Assembly (NCBI GenBank): GCA_047495785.1
Contig: JBLDXI010000018.1
Span: forward strand, 1 to 64,000
Origin: Lepidodermella squamata
Taxonomy: Eukaryota; Animalia; Gastrotricha
Length of the DNA stretch: 64,000 nucleotides
Reading direction: 5' to 3'
The notes below the pieces were generated by a model. The model made no database searches. It had not been told where the DNA came from and was given only the letters and a program-made list of their open reading frames with translations. A program made the translations under genes and the position numbers. Each line of letters opens with the position of its first letter. Positions within the stretch are counted from its first letter, which is position 1. Shown in pieces: positions 9,901 through 20,415 of the stretch.

Positions 9901-11808
9901 TTTCAGTAATAATAAGGAATCGAAATTGGCTGAGTTGTGAGCCAAATAAATCGACTGGTAATTCATAGGTAGAAGCACCCAGTTTACGAAATCCTCCAGA
10001 GGACGACTTCCATAAAAAATATGAAGTCCACAACTAGAATGGCATCGCTGAATCCTCGCTTCGATGCAGTGAGGTATGCATACGACCTTTGCAACGATAA
10101 GGCATACTTGGAACTCATTGTTGTTATCAGCAAGTGATGGCGAAAATGTCTCAGTGTCCCAAAAAACTAGGTTACGATAACGTTCCAGTTTATTCGCCGG
10201 TTTCAAGGGCTAAAAATACACCAACCACAGTATTTTGAAAAAAGCTGGACTGAAAAAAATGAGTATACCAAGGGAGTCATGAAGCAGAAGTGTGTGCCAT
10301 TTTCTTCGTCGCTGGCTTTCAAAGGCTCCTGACAAATGTGACAGCGCCGCCCGGGACACATAGCCTCATGCTTGAGAAAATGTACAAATTTCCTCCCGCA
10401 TTTAAAGCATGGATTCTTTTTAGCACATTTGTGGTTTTGCTTACAACGTTCGCTATACAAAACTAAAAACATAAAAAGAGCTGAATAATAATGAAAAGGT
10501 TAAAAACATCAGACCTGCACGACATTGCGGACACCGCGTGTAGTTTTGTTGGTCTGTGTTGGAAATCACACGGCAAATGCTCCCTGATACACCTAAAATA
10601 ATATTAATGATAAAAGAAGTGAAATTCAGGTTTTTCATGTAAAAATTACGGCAGGAAGAGCATGCCAACTTGCATCTGTGCACAGCCGTACTCGTTTTCG
10701 TCTGAAAGCAAGTGGGGCATATTCGTTGTGCATTGCTAAGAGTGGCCTTCATAAAGTTGAGATTCGCAATGACATGAAAATGATGACTGTTGGGCTGAGA
10801 GACGTCGTTGCGATAAACCAGTAGAACAACAGGAAGCAACCCAAGGCTTACGCGATGATCAAATTCTGGGATTTCCCTAATAACATCCTGTGATTCGTAC
10901 GAGTATACTACGAATCTGTAAGTATTATGTTCAGGATCGATAGCCGAACACAGGGCTGAGTAATGATCATCTAGATTGTAGGCTGGAAGGTTGAGAGGTA
11001 AGCCCGCTTTCTGATATAGCGCCGTGGCTTCGCGAAATTGACGATTGGTTCGCGTACTACGTATCGATTTGAAGGTTGCTTGAAGAGATGGATCCGTAGG
11101 ATTCGCCTTCATGTGAGCCAAAGCCACTCCAGTGATGAGAGCTCTGCCCATGCAAAGATTGTTCGTTTCATTCTTGCGCGCTCCGATTCTAACGATCGAT
11201 TTGGAGCGAAGAAAAAATTTGTCCAAAGTTTCGTTTATAGCCCGCTCTGCCCGAGAACCACCAACAATTTGACCTAGATCTGCATTGGGGTTATCAATGA
11301 CACAGAGACGAATTGTCCACCGACCAGCAAATGAGAGTTCTTCATTACTCTGTAATATTTTTCTCAGTTGATCAAAAATTGAAATTTCCAGCAACCGATC
11401 GCGTTTCATGAAGGGTAGGCTAAGAGGCATCTTCAAGTCGGGGTGGTACAGTGTTAGCCGGCAGAAGGAATTCACAGGTAAATCACGATGGATATTTACA
11501 ACAATATCGAACAGGAAGTTGGCCAGAATATTGAAGCGGGTCTCCAAATCAATATTAGCCACCTGGTCGGCTGGTACGTTCTGCACAAATGATCGAATAT
11601 TATCCAGTCGAGGTTCATCAGCGCCACCAGACAATTGAATCATCGGCCCAAGCGAACTAGAAGATTGGCCATATCTGTTGATGTAGGTTGAGGCAAAGTC
11701 GGATGTTACGGGCTGAATGAAGTACTCCACAGAAAACATTTTGAATTTTGTAGAATGAATCAGGCGATTACTTCGAATAAATGAGTATTGTAAACTATAG
11801 TTATCCAT
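6953..11808 (-). CDS. Protein-primed family B DNA polymerase (pPolB) with N-terminal terminal-protein/vOTU-like region, Cys-rich Zn fingers and an inserted Vsr-like nuclease; 11 exons, 1424 aa
   Basis: Introns (plus coordinates): 10593-10649, 10463-10514, 10210-10268, 9716-9775, 9586-9643, 8731-8791, 8361-8422, 8070-8126, 7487-7546, 7253-7307 (581 nt total; 4856-581=4275 nt=1425 codons). Spliced product has ExoI VFWDTET, ExoII AHNSANFD, ExoIII YCIQD, FFGG/RV, motif A DFNSLYPS, motif B KLVLNSFFGRF, motif C YS/DTDS, KAY, K/GI and YDKR. Confidence 0.93.
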
Positions 11809-11925
11809 AACAATCTAAGATTAAAAATTTAAAATTGATCGAATTTGGGAAGAGGTAAAACTTTATTACAAGGATAGATTGAAATAAATATTCAGTAAGT
11901 CATTTTAGTCAAGTTTTGTGTTAGC

Positions 11926-12447
11926 TTATTCATTGGCTGTTTCAATCATCGCTGCAACAGTTAACACCCCAGTTGCAAGGTCTTGAAACTGAGCTGCATC
12001 AAGAGAGACTCCTTGTCTTGAGGGTTGTTTATTTCCTAAAAAGTTAAATCATAAAAAGATTGCTATTACTGTAAATTTGAAGTAAATACCTTTAGCATCC
12101 AGATAAAACCTGCGTATATCTATAAGAATCGGTGAAAATGATGGCACAAAGACACAGACTTCAATTTTGCATTCATGCATCGAAAATTTAAAGCCTGTGT
12201 TGTGAGATAGCAGGGCAAGTTGAGCCTGAGCAACCCAAGCATCATTCGGCGGTCGAAAATAAGGAACGAACTGGCTAAGAAATTCGTCTTGTCTAAAGGC
12301 GAGTTTTTTAGGCTTATCGTTCTTATCTTTGCGATCAGTCATTATGTAGATGAGATTAGAATCCTGAGGATGCTGTTGAATGACCAAGTTACTAGACATG
12401 TGATGATTGACTGTCTGGTTAGCAGATTCTACTATCGCCTCAGCCAT
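11926..12447 (-). CDS. PC4/Sub1-like ssDNA-binding protein, 2 exons (intron 12036-12089)
   Basis: Spliced C-terminus IDIRRFYLDAK/GNKQPSRQGVSLDAAQFQDL matches the PC4 core IDIR.F....G...P...G.SL...Q...L. Confidence 0.8.
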
Positions 12448-12489
12448 GATTATTGAAAATTAAATCTAATGAAATAAGAATGTAAAACT

Positions 12490-12852
12490 TTAAGGGATGG
12501 GTTCTTTATATTGGCATAACTTTTCATGCCCAAAAATGAGGTCATAAGTTAGAGTAATGGGACAGCCTTTATCAGAATATTGGCATTTGTAAATCAAATT
12601 CGAGATAATGTTCGATAAAATTACAGGGGGTTTAACGAAATCTTTCCCTGTTAATGATTCGCGGCAAAGTGGACAGCAACATACTGTTCGAGCTGAATTT
12701 TGAAAAATAGCGAGAACACATTTAGTACAAAATAAATGGCCACAGGGGCGCGTTTGAATAGGATTAAGTAGGATAGATAAACAAATTGGACATTGCAAAG
12801 ATTCAGCGTCTAAAATCTGGCTGTTCGAGAGCACAAGTCTTGTTGGATCCAT
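12490..12852 (-). CDS. C3HC4 RING finger plus TRAF/SINA-type zinc finger protein (putative E3 ligase)
   Basis: CPICLSILLNPIQTRPCGHLFCTKC...CPLCR followed by CQYSDKGC...HEKLCQY. Confidence 0.85.
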   Translation of the reverse strand: MDPTRLVLSNSQILDAESLQCPICLSILLNPIQTRPCGHLFCTKCVLAIFQNSARTVCCCPLCRESLTGKDFVKPPVILSNIISNLIYKCQYSDKGCPITLTYDLIFGHEKLCQYKEPIP

Positions 12853-12862
12853 CAATGAGGAT

Positions 12863-13627
12863 TCAAGTCTGAGAGATTACAGGCGTGATAAGAGAGGCAA
12901 CATACTGAGAAGCTTGCTTTAGAACCTCAGAGGCATTCAAATTATCAGTGTCGATAACAAGCACGGGACATGGTAGGGATTTGTTTGTAGTCTCAACAGT
13001 ACACATTTTTTCATGAAACTCATGTACGAGGCGTAAATAATCCAGTGATAATAGCATTTCAGAACCCCGAGCTCTAGCTACGGCTCTTTGACAAGCTATT
13101 TGGGGAGAGGAGCGCAAGTAAATAATAGCTTCAGTTTTTACAAAATTCGGCTCGAAATTATCATACAAATTCATGAGAGCGTGATATTCGATAGAATTTA
13201 TGCGCTTGGATGCATACGCACATGGGATAAAGACGTTTTTAGAACAGAAGGGCGTTCGATCATGCAGAACGATAGTATGCGCCCCGTAGATTTCAGGTTT
13301 GTGGTTAGGGGCTGAATAAAGGCCGCACATATCACTCGTGGCTACAATTTGAAAGTTGAACGCATTTTTCATCTGATAGTAATCTTTCAAAATGTTAGTT
13401 TTATCGTCATCAGTAAAGGACTCCCAACGATGAACAGGCTCGCAAATTGGCCACGCGGTATATCCCTGAAGTTTACGGTTGAGTGAAGGTAGATTAGTGA
13501 GACCCTCGATTAAGGTTGATTTCCCGCTAAAACAAGAGACTTTAAATAGAATTCTATTCGGTGGAGTATATGAGACTTACGCCCCAATGTTGCCGACTAT
13601 GCCGAAATGGTAGACTTTAGGATGCAT
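12863..13627 (-). CDS. Deoxynucleoside kinase (dCK/dGK/TK2 family), 2 exons (intron 13527-13580)
   Basis: Spliced P-loop IVGNIGA/GKST; EPVHRW; FNFQ; DRT motif; IIYLRSSPQIACQRAVARARGSE; YLRLVHEFHE. Confidence 0.9.
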
Positions 13628-13813
13628 CCAGCTTGCTTCAAGAAATATGCTAAGTGTATTCTTGAAGCATCTCTCTTAAATAGTCTGAGTGATATTTCCA
13701 TAAAAGGAAAAAACAGGGAGATGTTTTGTTTGAATTGTTTAAGGTAATTACACCGTAAAGGGTAAAAAATCCTAATTGCTTTTTATTTTGATAAGTAAAA
13801 AATCGCATTGTTT

Positions 13814-13891
13814 AATTAGGGAGGATGTATAAGATTTATTGACATGATGTTTTCTTATTGAATTACCGACAGCAATTAAGGAGGATGTATA
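13814..13891. promoter_or_regulatory. Duplicated AATTARGGAGGATGTATA motif in the divergent dNK/dUTPase intergenic region
   Basis: aattagggaggatgtata at 13814 and aattaaggaggatgtata at 13874, in the longest intergenic gap of the element, between divergent genes. Function is inferred. Confidence 0.4.
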
Positions 13892-14061
13892 CAATACCAA
13901 GAATCTTTGATGAAAAGCATTAAAGCCAGCACTGAGGGGTCAACAGAGCTAAAGGCCCTAATGCATTTTTAAGGAAGATTGAATTACAAAAACAATATGC
14001 CTGAAAGGAGGTAGCCGCTCACATAAAAATCGAACCTCAGTAACAATATAAATTATAAAAT

Positions 14062-14565
14062 ATGAAGCTGAAGGTAGAGCTAACAAGTAACAAAGCTAAA
14101 GAACCGACAAAGCATACTAAAGGCTCTGTGGGTTGGGACATCTATTCAGCAGAAGAGACGACACTGCAACCTGGAACCAGGGGACTGATTCAAACTGATA
14201 TTAAAATCTGTTTACCACGAGGATATTATGGACAACTATTCAGTCGATCAGGAATGAGCATCAACCATGGAATCGATACGGTCGCTGGAGTAATAGGTAA
14301 GAAGCAAATAATAATGAAAATTACTAATGAATATCTGTATTTTTCATGAATTAAAGACGCCGACTACACCGGAAAAATCGTAGTCTGCCTTGCAAACAAC
14401 AGCAAAACACCTTACAAGATTAAAATAGGCGACCGTATTACCCAGTTGGTGTGTTTAAAATATGGTCGCTTAGAATCTGCAGTAACGGTAACGGGGCCAT
14501 TGAAAAACGCTCTAGCAGCAAATTCGACCCGTGGCGATAACGGATTCGGTTCATCTGGACGTTAA
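14062..14565 (+). CDS. dut: Trimeric dUTPase, 2 exons (intron 14297-14356)
   Basis: Motifs GWDIYS, SRSG, AGVI/DADYTG (Asp codon split by the intron), GDRITQL, RGDNGFGSSG; AATAAA at 14664. Confidence 0.92.
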
Positions 14566-14831
14566 CCCCTCCAATCAAGCCGCTACAAATCTCTGAACAA
14601 ATGAATAGAAAAACTGATAAGACTTATCCCAGCTATAAATTCATTGCTTGAAACGTTAAGACTAATAAAAAGTGTTTGTGTGAATGAAAAAGGGCTCTAT
14701 TGCAGCTGCACTAAAGAAGCAGTGTAAAAATGATTAGTTTAGCTCATAACAGGTGAAAAAACGAAGATTTGTTTATTTTAGTTAGGTGAAATCATAGCAG
14801 TGGGTTAAAACGAAGGTATATTGACAAGAAG

Positions 14832-15018
14832 CGGCTATAGTACAAATCGCCGTACTGCTATTACTCATCCCCAAATTGCGTATATTTATACCAAACGGGT
14901 ATAGTAAAAATCGCCGTACTGCCATTACTGATCGCAAATTGCGTATATTTATACCAAACGGCTATAGTAAAAATCGCCGTACTGCTATTACTGATCCAAA
15001 GTTCCCATCCTTACTACT
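14832..15018. repeat. Maverick right terminal region: about 2.6 tandem copies of a 63-64 bp unit followed by the ...TTACTACT terminus
   Basis: Units start at 14832, 14896 and 14959 (cggctatagta.aaatcgccgtactgc.attact...). Putative 6-bp target-site duplication TTCGTA at 15019-15024; its partner would be outside the window. Confidence 0.8.
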
Positions 15019-18000
15019 TTCGTATTTATTCTTTTGCTCAGAGAGGAGGCTGTGGGTCAGGCTCTAAACTGCCCCGCAGCGGTAGCTCAGCCTCAATATA
15101 CACTTATCGATGAGGCTTCTCGCGACACTAATTTCAACTTTTATCGCTCGGAAACGGTTGCAACAAATAGTAGCCTCACTCGACTTGCTTCTGATATTGC
15201 TGGAAATGCGATTTGGGCCAAAGCGGTTCGTTCATCAAATAATGAGATTCAAAGTTCGAAAATGACTTTTTCCTATTCAGCCTTTCTCATTAGATGATTT
15301 CTACGTCGAGGCTTCGGTCAAAGTGCAACCATCAAAAGAAAACATGACTTCCATCAGGGGTTTCACTTTAGCTCTGGCGAATGAGGCAGCAATAAAACGC
15401 AAGGCACCATATTATAGCATGTTCCCATCGATAATCACAATGCAGCATGTCGGTAAATTTAGCAAAAATACCAATACTTTGTTTGTTTCTTGAAGTTTGA
15501 AATATATGTTAAGGACTTGCAATTGTAATGTCTCCAATGGGCAATGGCGTAGGTGGCAGCTGGTTCCCGTCTGAAGCATACAGTAGCAAGTGGACATACT
15601 ACTGCCCATCGCACGATTCGTACTTTGGAAACCAAACATCGATATGGAAATTTAGACTTCAGACCAAAGCGCTAACTGTGGAGGTGTGTTCTAGCATCAA
15701 CTGCACGCGACTTTTCAATAACGTCAGCATACCCAAGTCCTTTCAATCAACATTCGGAAGCCTGCGATCCTACATTGGCATGTCAGGGAGTGCTTTAATT
15801 TCAGACGCTTTGATCGAGTTGGCATCATTCAAAGTCTGGGATTGTGCAATCTCGCCCCCGACCCTGGCACCAAATGTAGGTTTCCAGTTAATAAAGCTGT
15901 AGATACCTCATGTTTTCGTTCGCAGCTCATTTCTCGAAATCTGATGTGCCCGGGAGGAGCGTTTCAACCCCAGCTATCCTATCGATGTCAGATTTTAGCA
16001 GCAATTGGAATCTCTATCACTTATTACCATCGAGTGGGAGTGCCCCGCAGCAACAGCCAAACGCTGTGAAACTTCACTCAGTCGGGGTGTTATCTGGGTC
16101 TATGTGGAGCAAAAATGTAAGTAGGTGATTATTTTGAAAAGTCTTAGCCCACTTCGAACCCTATTTTAGCGCATCACGTCAAATGATTTCTACATTGAAT
16201 ACGTTGTTGACATTAGCAACGCAGAGTATTATCATGGCTTGCTCTTCTTAATAACTAATAACGCTTCTATCACTCGCGAAAATGGTTCGGTCAACTCAGC
16301 TTTTACTTACGGCGTCAAAGAATCGCTCCATACGGGTAAGTTATTCCAGAAACGAATTCGAGGAATTTTCATTGTTTAATTTCTCGAATAGGCCTATCGT
16401 TCTTACTACCGTCAACGCCATATATATTCTACCAGCTGAATTTAAACCTGTTGAGGAATGCCGGATCCCCTAAGTGGTGGGATTACTCTGTCTCGGATTT
16501 CACCAAAGCCTGCACGATAGTGTTCAGTGATTCCTACATCAACACGCGTTCATTGTGGCAAATTCGCTACCAAAACCGAATGATAACCATCGACGTTTGC
16601 CGATTGTGCTCGAGCTACTGCACCCGTGTTTTCAACACGTCGACTTTCGCTTCGTCCTTCAATTTCAGCAGTGGGGACATGCGGATCGGGATAGCTTCGA
16701 ATACTGACGATGATACATTTTCGCCTGGTATATCACAGTTTCATCCATAGCAGTTTGGGATTGCTCTGTTTCGAACTCAACAGTAGCTGAGTACTATTAT
16801 GAGCCAACGTGTTTGAACGATCCAACGACAACAACAACAACAACTACTACTACTACTACACCTACTACTACAACGACTAGAACAACAACGACAACTATTG
16901 TGCCCTCAATTGCAAGCTCAATTCAGACAGCCCTAACCCTAACTACAACCAGCCGAGCGACTACAAATCTAACATCAAGCAATGGCGTGACATCATTAAC
17001 AACCCAAAGCATTGTAACTAGCTCTCAAAGCCCATCTTCAAGCTACGAGACCACTCAAGCTTCGAGGTCCGAAAGTACTGCAACAAGCCCTAACGCCCAA
17101 ATATCAACCACTGGGATGGTTCAAAGCACGTCGACAACATCTCAAATTCAAGATTCCACTTTAACTTCATCTACAGCGGCGAAGACAACAAAAACGATAG
17201 ATGCTACCACTTTCAAGGGCACGAATGCTATTATCAGCCTGGCTTCGGCAAAGGCCGCAGATTTAACGGAGGGCGATGGATATCTCGCCAAATGGCTACC
17301 ACCAACATCAGGCTTATCCGCCAATATATGGTCAGCCTGCTCTACAAATTGCAGCATCGGAGTCCAATGGCGACTTACTTCGAATGGCTCGAAAGAATAT
17401 CAACAATGCAGTTCAACCACTCGGTGCGCAACTACGGCAGATGAAGCAACTCGGGGCGTCGATCTGCTTTACAAGCCTATGCCAACAGAGGCTACTTCAA
17501 AATCAGAGGCTCAATCAAAACCAAAGTTGCGACAAAACTGAACCCATTCTGCAGATCAAACTATGCGAAATGCTGCCCTGGTTATACGAACAACAAAACC
17601 CCGACTTCGAACTACGTCGAGGCTGATGAGCTGATCGATTCAAACTATGCGAACACGTCGAAGAAAGCAGATGGTTGTTGCTTCAGAATCACTTATGTCC
17701 TCAGCAAGACTTCGACTACCAAATTTTGCGAATCCTTTGGAGTGCTGAAGATTGCTGGCAATCCGGCTACAATTAGCCAGGCAGATTTCACAAAAGTGCT
17801 GGAAGAAAGCGAGCTGGATTTGAAGAGACTCATGTTGGCTGAGTTCGGCTTTACCGGAGTTTTCGACACCTGCCTGCCCACTGACAATCCATGTGTTAAC
17901 GAAGATGCCATAGCTGTTGGCGGAACGACTCTCAAGTCGAATTCTACCAGCACAGCAGCAACACCGGGTGGAAGCACTGGGATCATTGTTGGTTCAGTCA

Positions 18001-18110
18001 TCGCTGTAGTAGTTAGCCTCCTTTTAATCGGAATAATTGTCTATTGCTATTGCTGGGATTCAAAGCGCAATCGAAGAACCAGAATCGTTAAGTATAGCAT
18101 AGCAGTATAA
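15019..18110 (+). pseudogene. Host type I membrane receptor-like gene (two beta-rich lectin-like repeats, Thr-rich stalk, TSP1-like, SEA-like, TM); 5' end cut by the Maverick and at least 3 frameshifts
   Basis: Exon-by-exon paralog of 26644-30307 with shared intron positions (K(A)/PFSLDDFY, /GLAI). Introns 15226-15280, 15453-15513, 15876-15925 and others. Frameshifts near 15982, 16740 and 17488. WSACSTNCSIGVQWR; TM IIVGSVIAVVVSLLLIGIIVYCYC. Confidence 0.75.
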
Positions 18111-18182
18111 ACTGTAATCATAAAAATAAAATCACAAATTTAATGATATTTCATCTCAAGCATAACCAAAACAAGGCCTCCG

Positions 18183-19037
18183 CTAATTTTTATTTAACTT
18201 TAATTTCCCAGCATTGGTAGAGTAACAATGATTGTACACAGCTTCGCGGCATTCCTTGGCCGATGCTGCTTGATGAGCTTCGGTCGGCAGTACGTTCCAC
18301 CAGTCCGGCCCGCGATAGCTCAAGCTTAGCGTACCGCGTTCCTTTTTGAAAGTTGGTTTGAACATTGGTTCAGAGCGGCGAACATCGTAGGTACTGATTT
18401 CGTTTAGCCGGAACAATGTTTGCATCGCTACTGGTGCTTGATGGTGTAAGCAGCTCCAAATCAAAGTTGCAAGGTGAATAGCGTGTTTTTGATTGACGTC
18501 GACCCAACCAAGACGGCGTCTCAACGGTTCAGGGTCGGCCAAGGGATGTGCCCCGCAAATGGCACGCACGGCTCGGTCTTGTGTTGACTGACGTTTAGCT
18601 AGATTTGTCGGTGCTGCTTGGCCTAATGTGATGTCGCCGTAGTTCAAATGGCTGAATACCAATCCATTCGCCATCATTATTGCCGTTCTGCGATCCACAA
18701 ACTTCGTGGCTAATTTCAAAGCCTAGAGACCCCTCCTCGCCTTGCTTTTGATGTTTTTTATTTGCTTTTTGAATGTCAGTTTGTCATCGATTATAAATCC
18801 AAGGGTGACCATTTCACTTGAAGCTTTCACAACAGTATCTCCGATAGCGATAGCAAAGTTTGGTGTTGAAGGAATCGCGCATTTCATTATCAAAAACTGA
18901 GATTTCTTCCCGTTTACCATTAACGAGTTGTTTGCTAGCCAAGAACAGACACGATTCATTTCCTGTTGTAATACTGAGCGCAACTCATTGACGTTCTTGC
19001 TTGCAAAAAAGGTACTGAATGAAACGACTTGTGCCAT
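18183..19037 (-). mobile_element. 5'-truncated non-LTR retrotransposon (CR1/L2-group-like) RT C-terminal fragment, disrupted near 18720
   Basis: WLANNSLMVNGKKSQF, LGFIIDDKLTFKKQI, SHLNYG, QDRAVRAI, LGW, SLSYRGPDWWNVLP. Confidence 0.8.
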
Positions 19038-20415
19038 ACCTATTACTCACGAGAAATCATTGATGCTTTGTTGTTTTATGCCCTTTGTTTGAGAAATTTG
19101 TAATAAGTTACGTTCATATTATGGCCGAACCCTCGCCAATCACACGATCATCAACCGATTTACCGTTAGATTTATAAAATACCGCGTGCATAATATTCAG
19201 TCCGTCGTCCCCTGCTCGACCCCCATTTGTTGCATACAACATTGATCATGTGATCTGTAAAACTTTAATGGGTTTAGTTTAATGAAGTGTGTTCTCGTAG
19301 TGAAAAGATGGATATATGGATACATTCAACTGATCAATCAACCTGAAATCTCAAAATAGGTGTTTTCGTTGCGCAATACTATATGATGCAGGTTTCCCTC
19401 TACACCTTTGGGTGTAGTACATTGGGAGAAGTTCTGTTGAAAACATCGCCTTGAAAATATTATTGACAAATAAAGCGAAGTGCTGTAGGAAATCGTAGAG
19501 TACGAGTATTAAAATATGAGCAATGGAAGGGATGAAATGCGTGGCTCATTTCAGGTAGAAAAAGTAGGACTTGTCCGTGAACACTTGCCCGATTTATGAA
19601 GAAAAAAGCTGCTTTGAATTATTTTCCAATTGTTTGAAAGCAAGAAAAATCTGAGCAGTAGGTACTAATTGGCATAATTCAGATTTTGGCTTGAAAAATA
19701 TTGGTTGCGCGTCAGAAGTTCCAACGGTATCCAAATTGTTTGATTAAGTTATTCACTCACCTCTTCGCCAATTTGATGAATCCTTTATGGCGGCTACATC
19801 AGCGCCATCTTGAACATGAACATACTCAGATGAGAAAACAGATTTCGTGATTGCTGTTCTCCTTGTGTTCGTACGCTTGAGCCGAAGATCGACAGCAGTG
19901 TTTGATGAGTGTGATTGCAGGCTCGTAGCAACCTGGTCAATCAGAGCGCGGCTTGGAAAATTAAGTTTTAGGCTCTCGTCATCCAGGCTGCGATATTATA
20001 GCCTACTTCATTCGGTTTCAAAACTGGAGCAACATAGGCGAATCTGCCGCGAGCTTCTGCGCAATAGGCTTGTCGCGACTTGGCGACCTCATAATATGTA
20101 TACAGCTGGTAAACGTTTGCTATACAACTGATGAAATGCCAATCTTTCCGTAGATTCGTCAGAACTTTCGTTGATGATCATTTCAGCTGCTAATGCATCT
20201 GGCATTATCTGCAGCACACGCTGAATATCACTGTATATTCACCACTTATCAAATTATACAAAAATCTGAGAGCCTGAACTCAAACAAAAAATGATCAAAA
20301 CAGCAGCTGAATCGAAAACCGGTGCAAAATTCGACAACACAGAGGGAAGAAATGGCCCTCTTCTCAGGGGAACATCTACACCCCTCTCGCAATCCACTCT
20401 CACTATACCACATCA

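Larger units (their letters stand above)
1..15018. mobile_element. Maverick/Polinton (adintovirus-like) endogenous DNA virus/transposon, right-hand part; left end lies outside the window
   Basis: Full hallmark gene set (integrase+chromodomain, penton, MCP, adenain, packaging ATPase, pPolB), densely packed. Structural genes are on +, replication genes on -. Subterminal tandem repeats and a 3' end ...CCTTACTACT (reverse complement AGTAGTAAGG), the short-repeat terminus typical of Mavericks. Confidence 0.95.

Noticed and set aside
6953-11808. PolB as a decayed, frameshifted pseudogene or as several separate ORFs
   Set aside because: Every break is bounded by GT...AG at a uniform 52-62 nt, and removal gives one continuous 1425-codon frame.
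14832-15000. CRISPR-like array, or the 14876-15067 ORF
   Set aside because: Head-to-tail 63-64 bp units with no unique spacers, at a Maverick terminus in eukaryotic DNA; the ORF is just the translated repeat.
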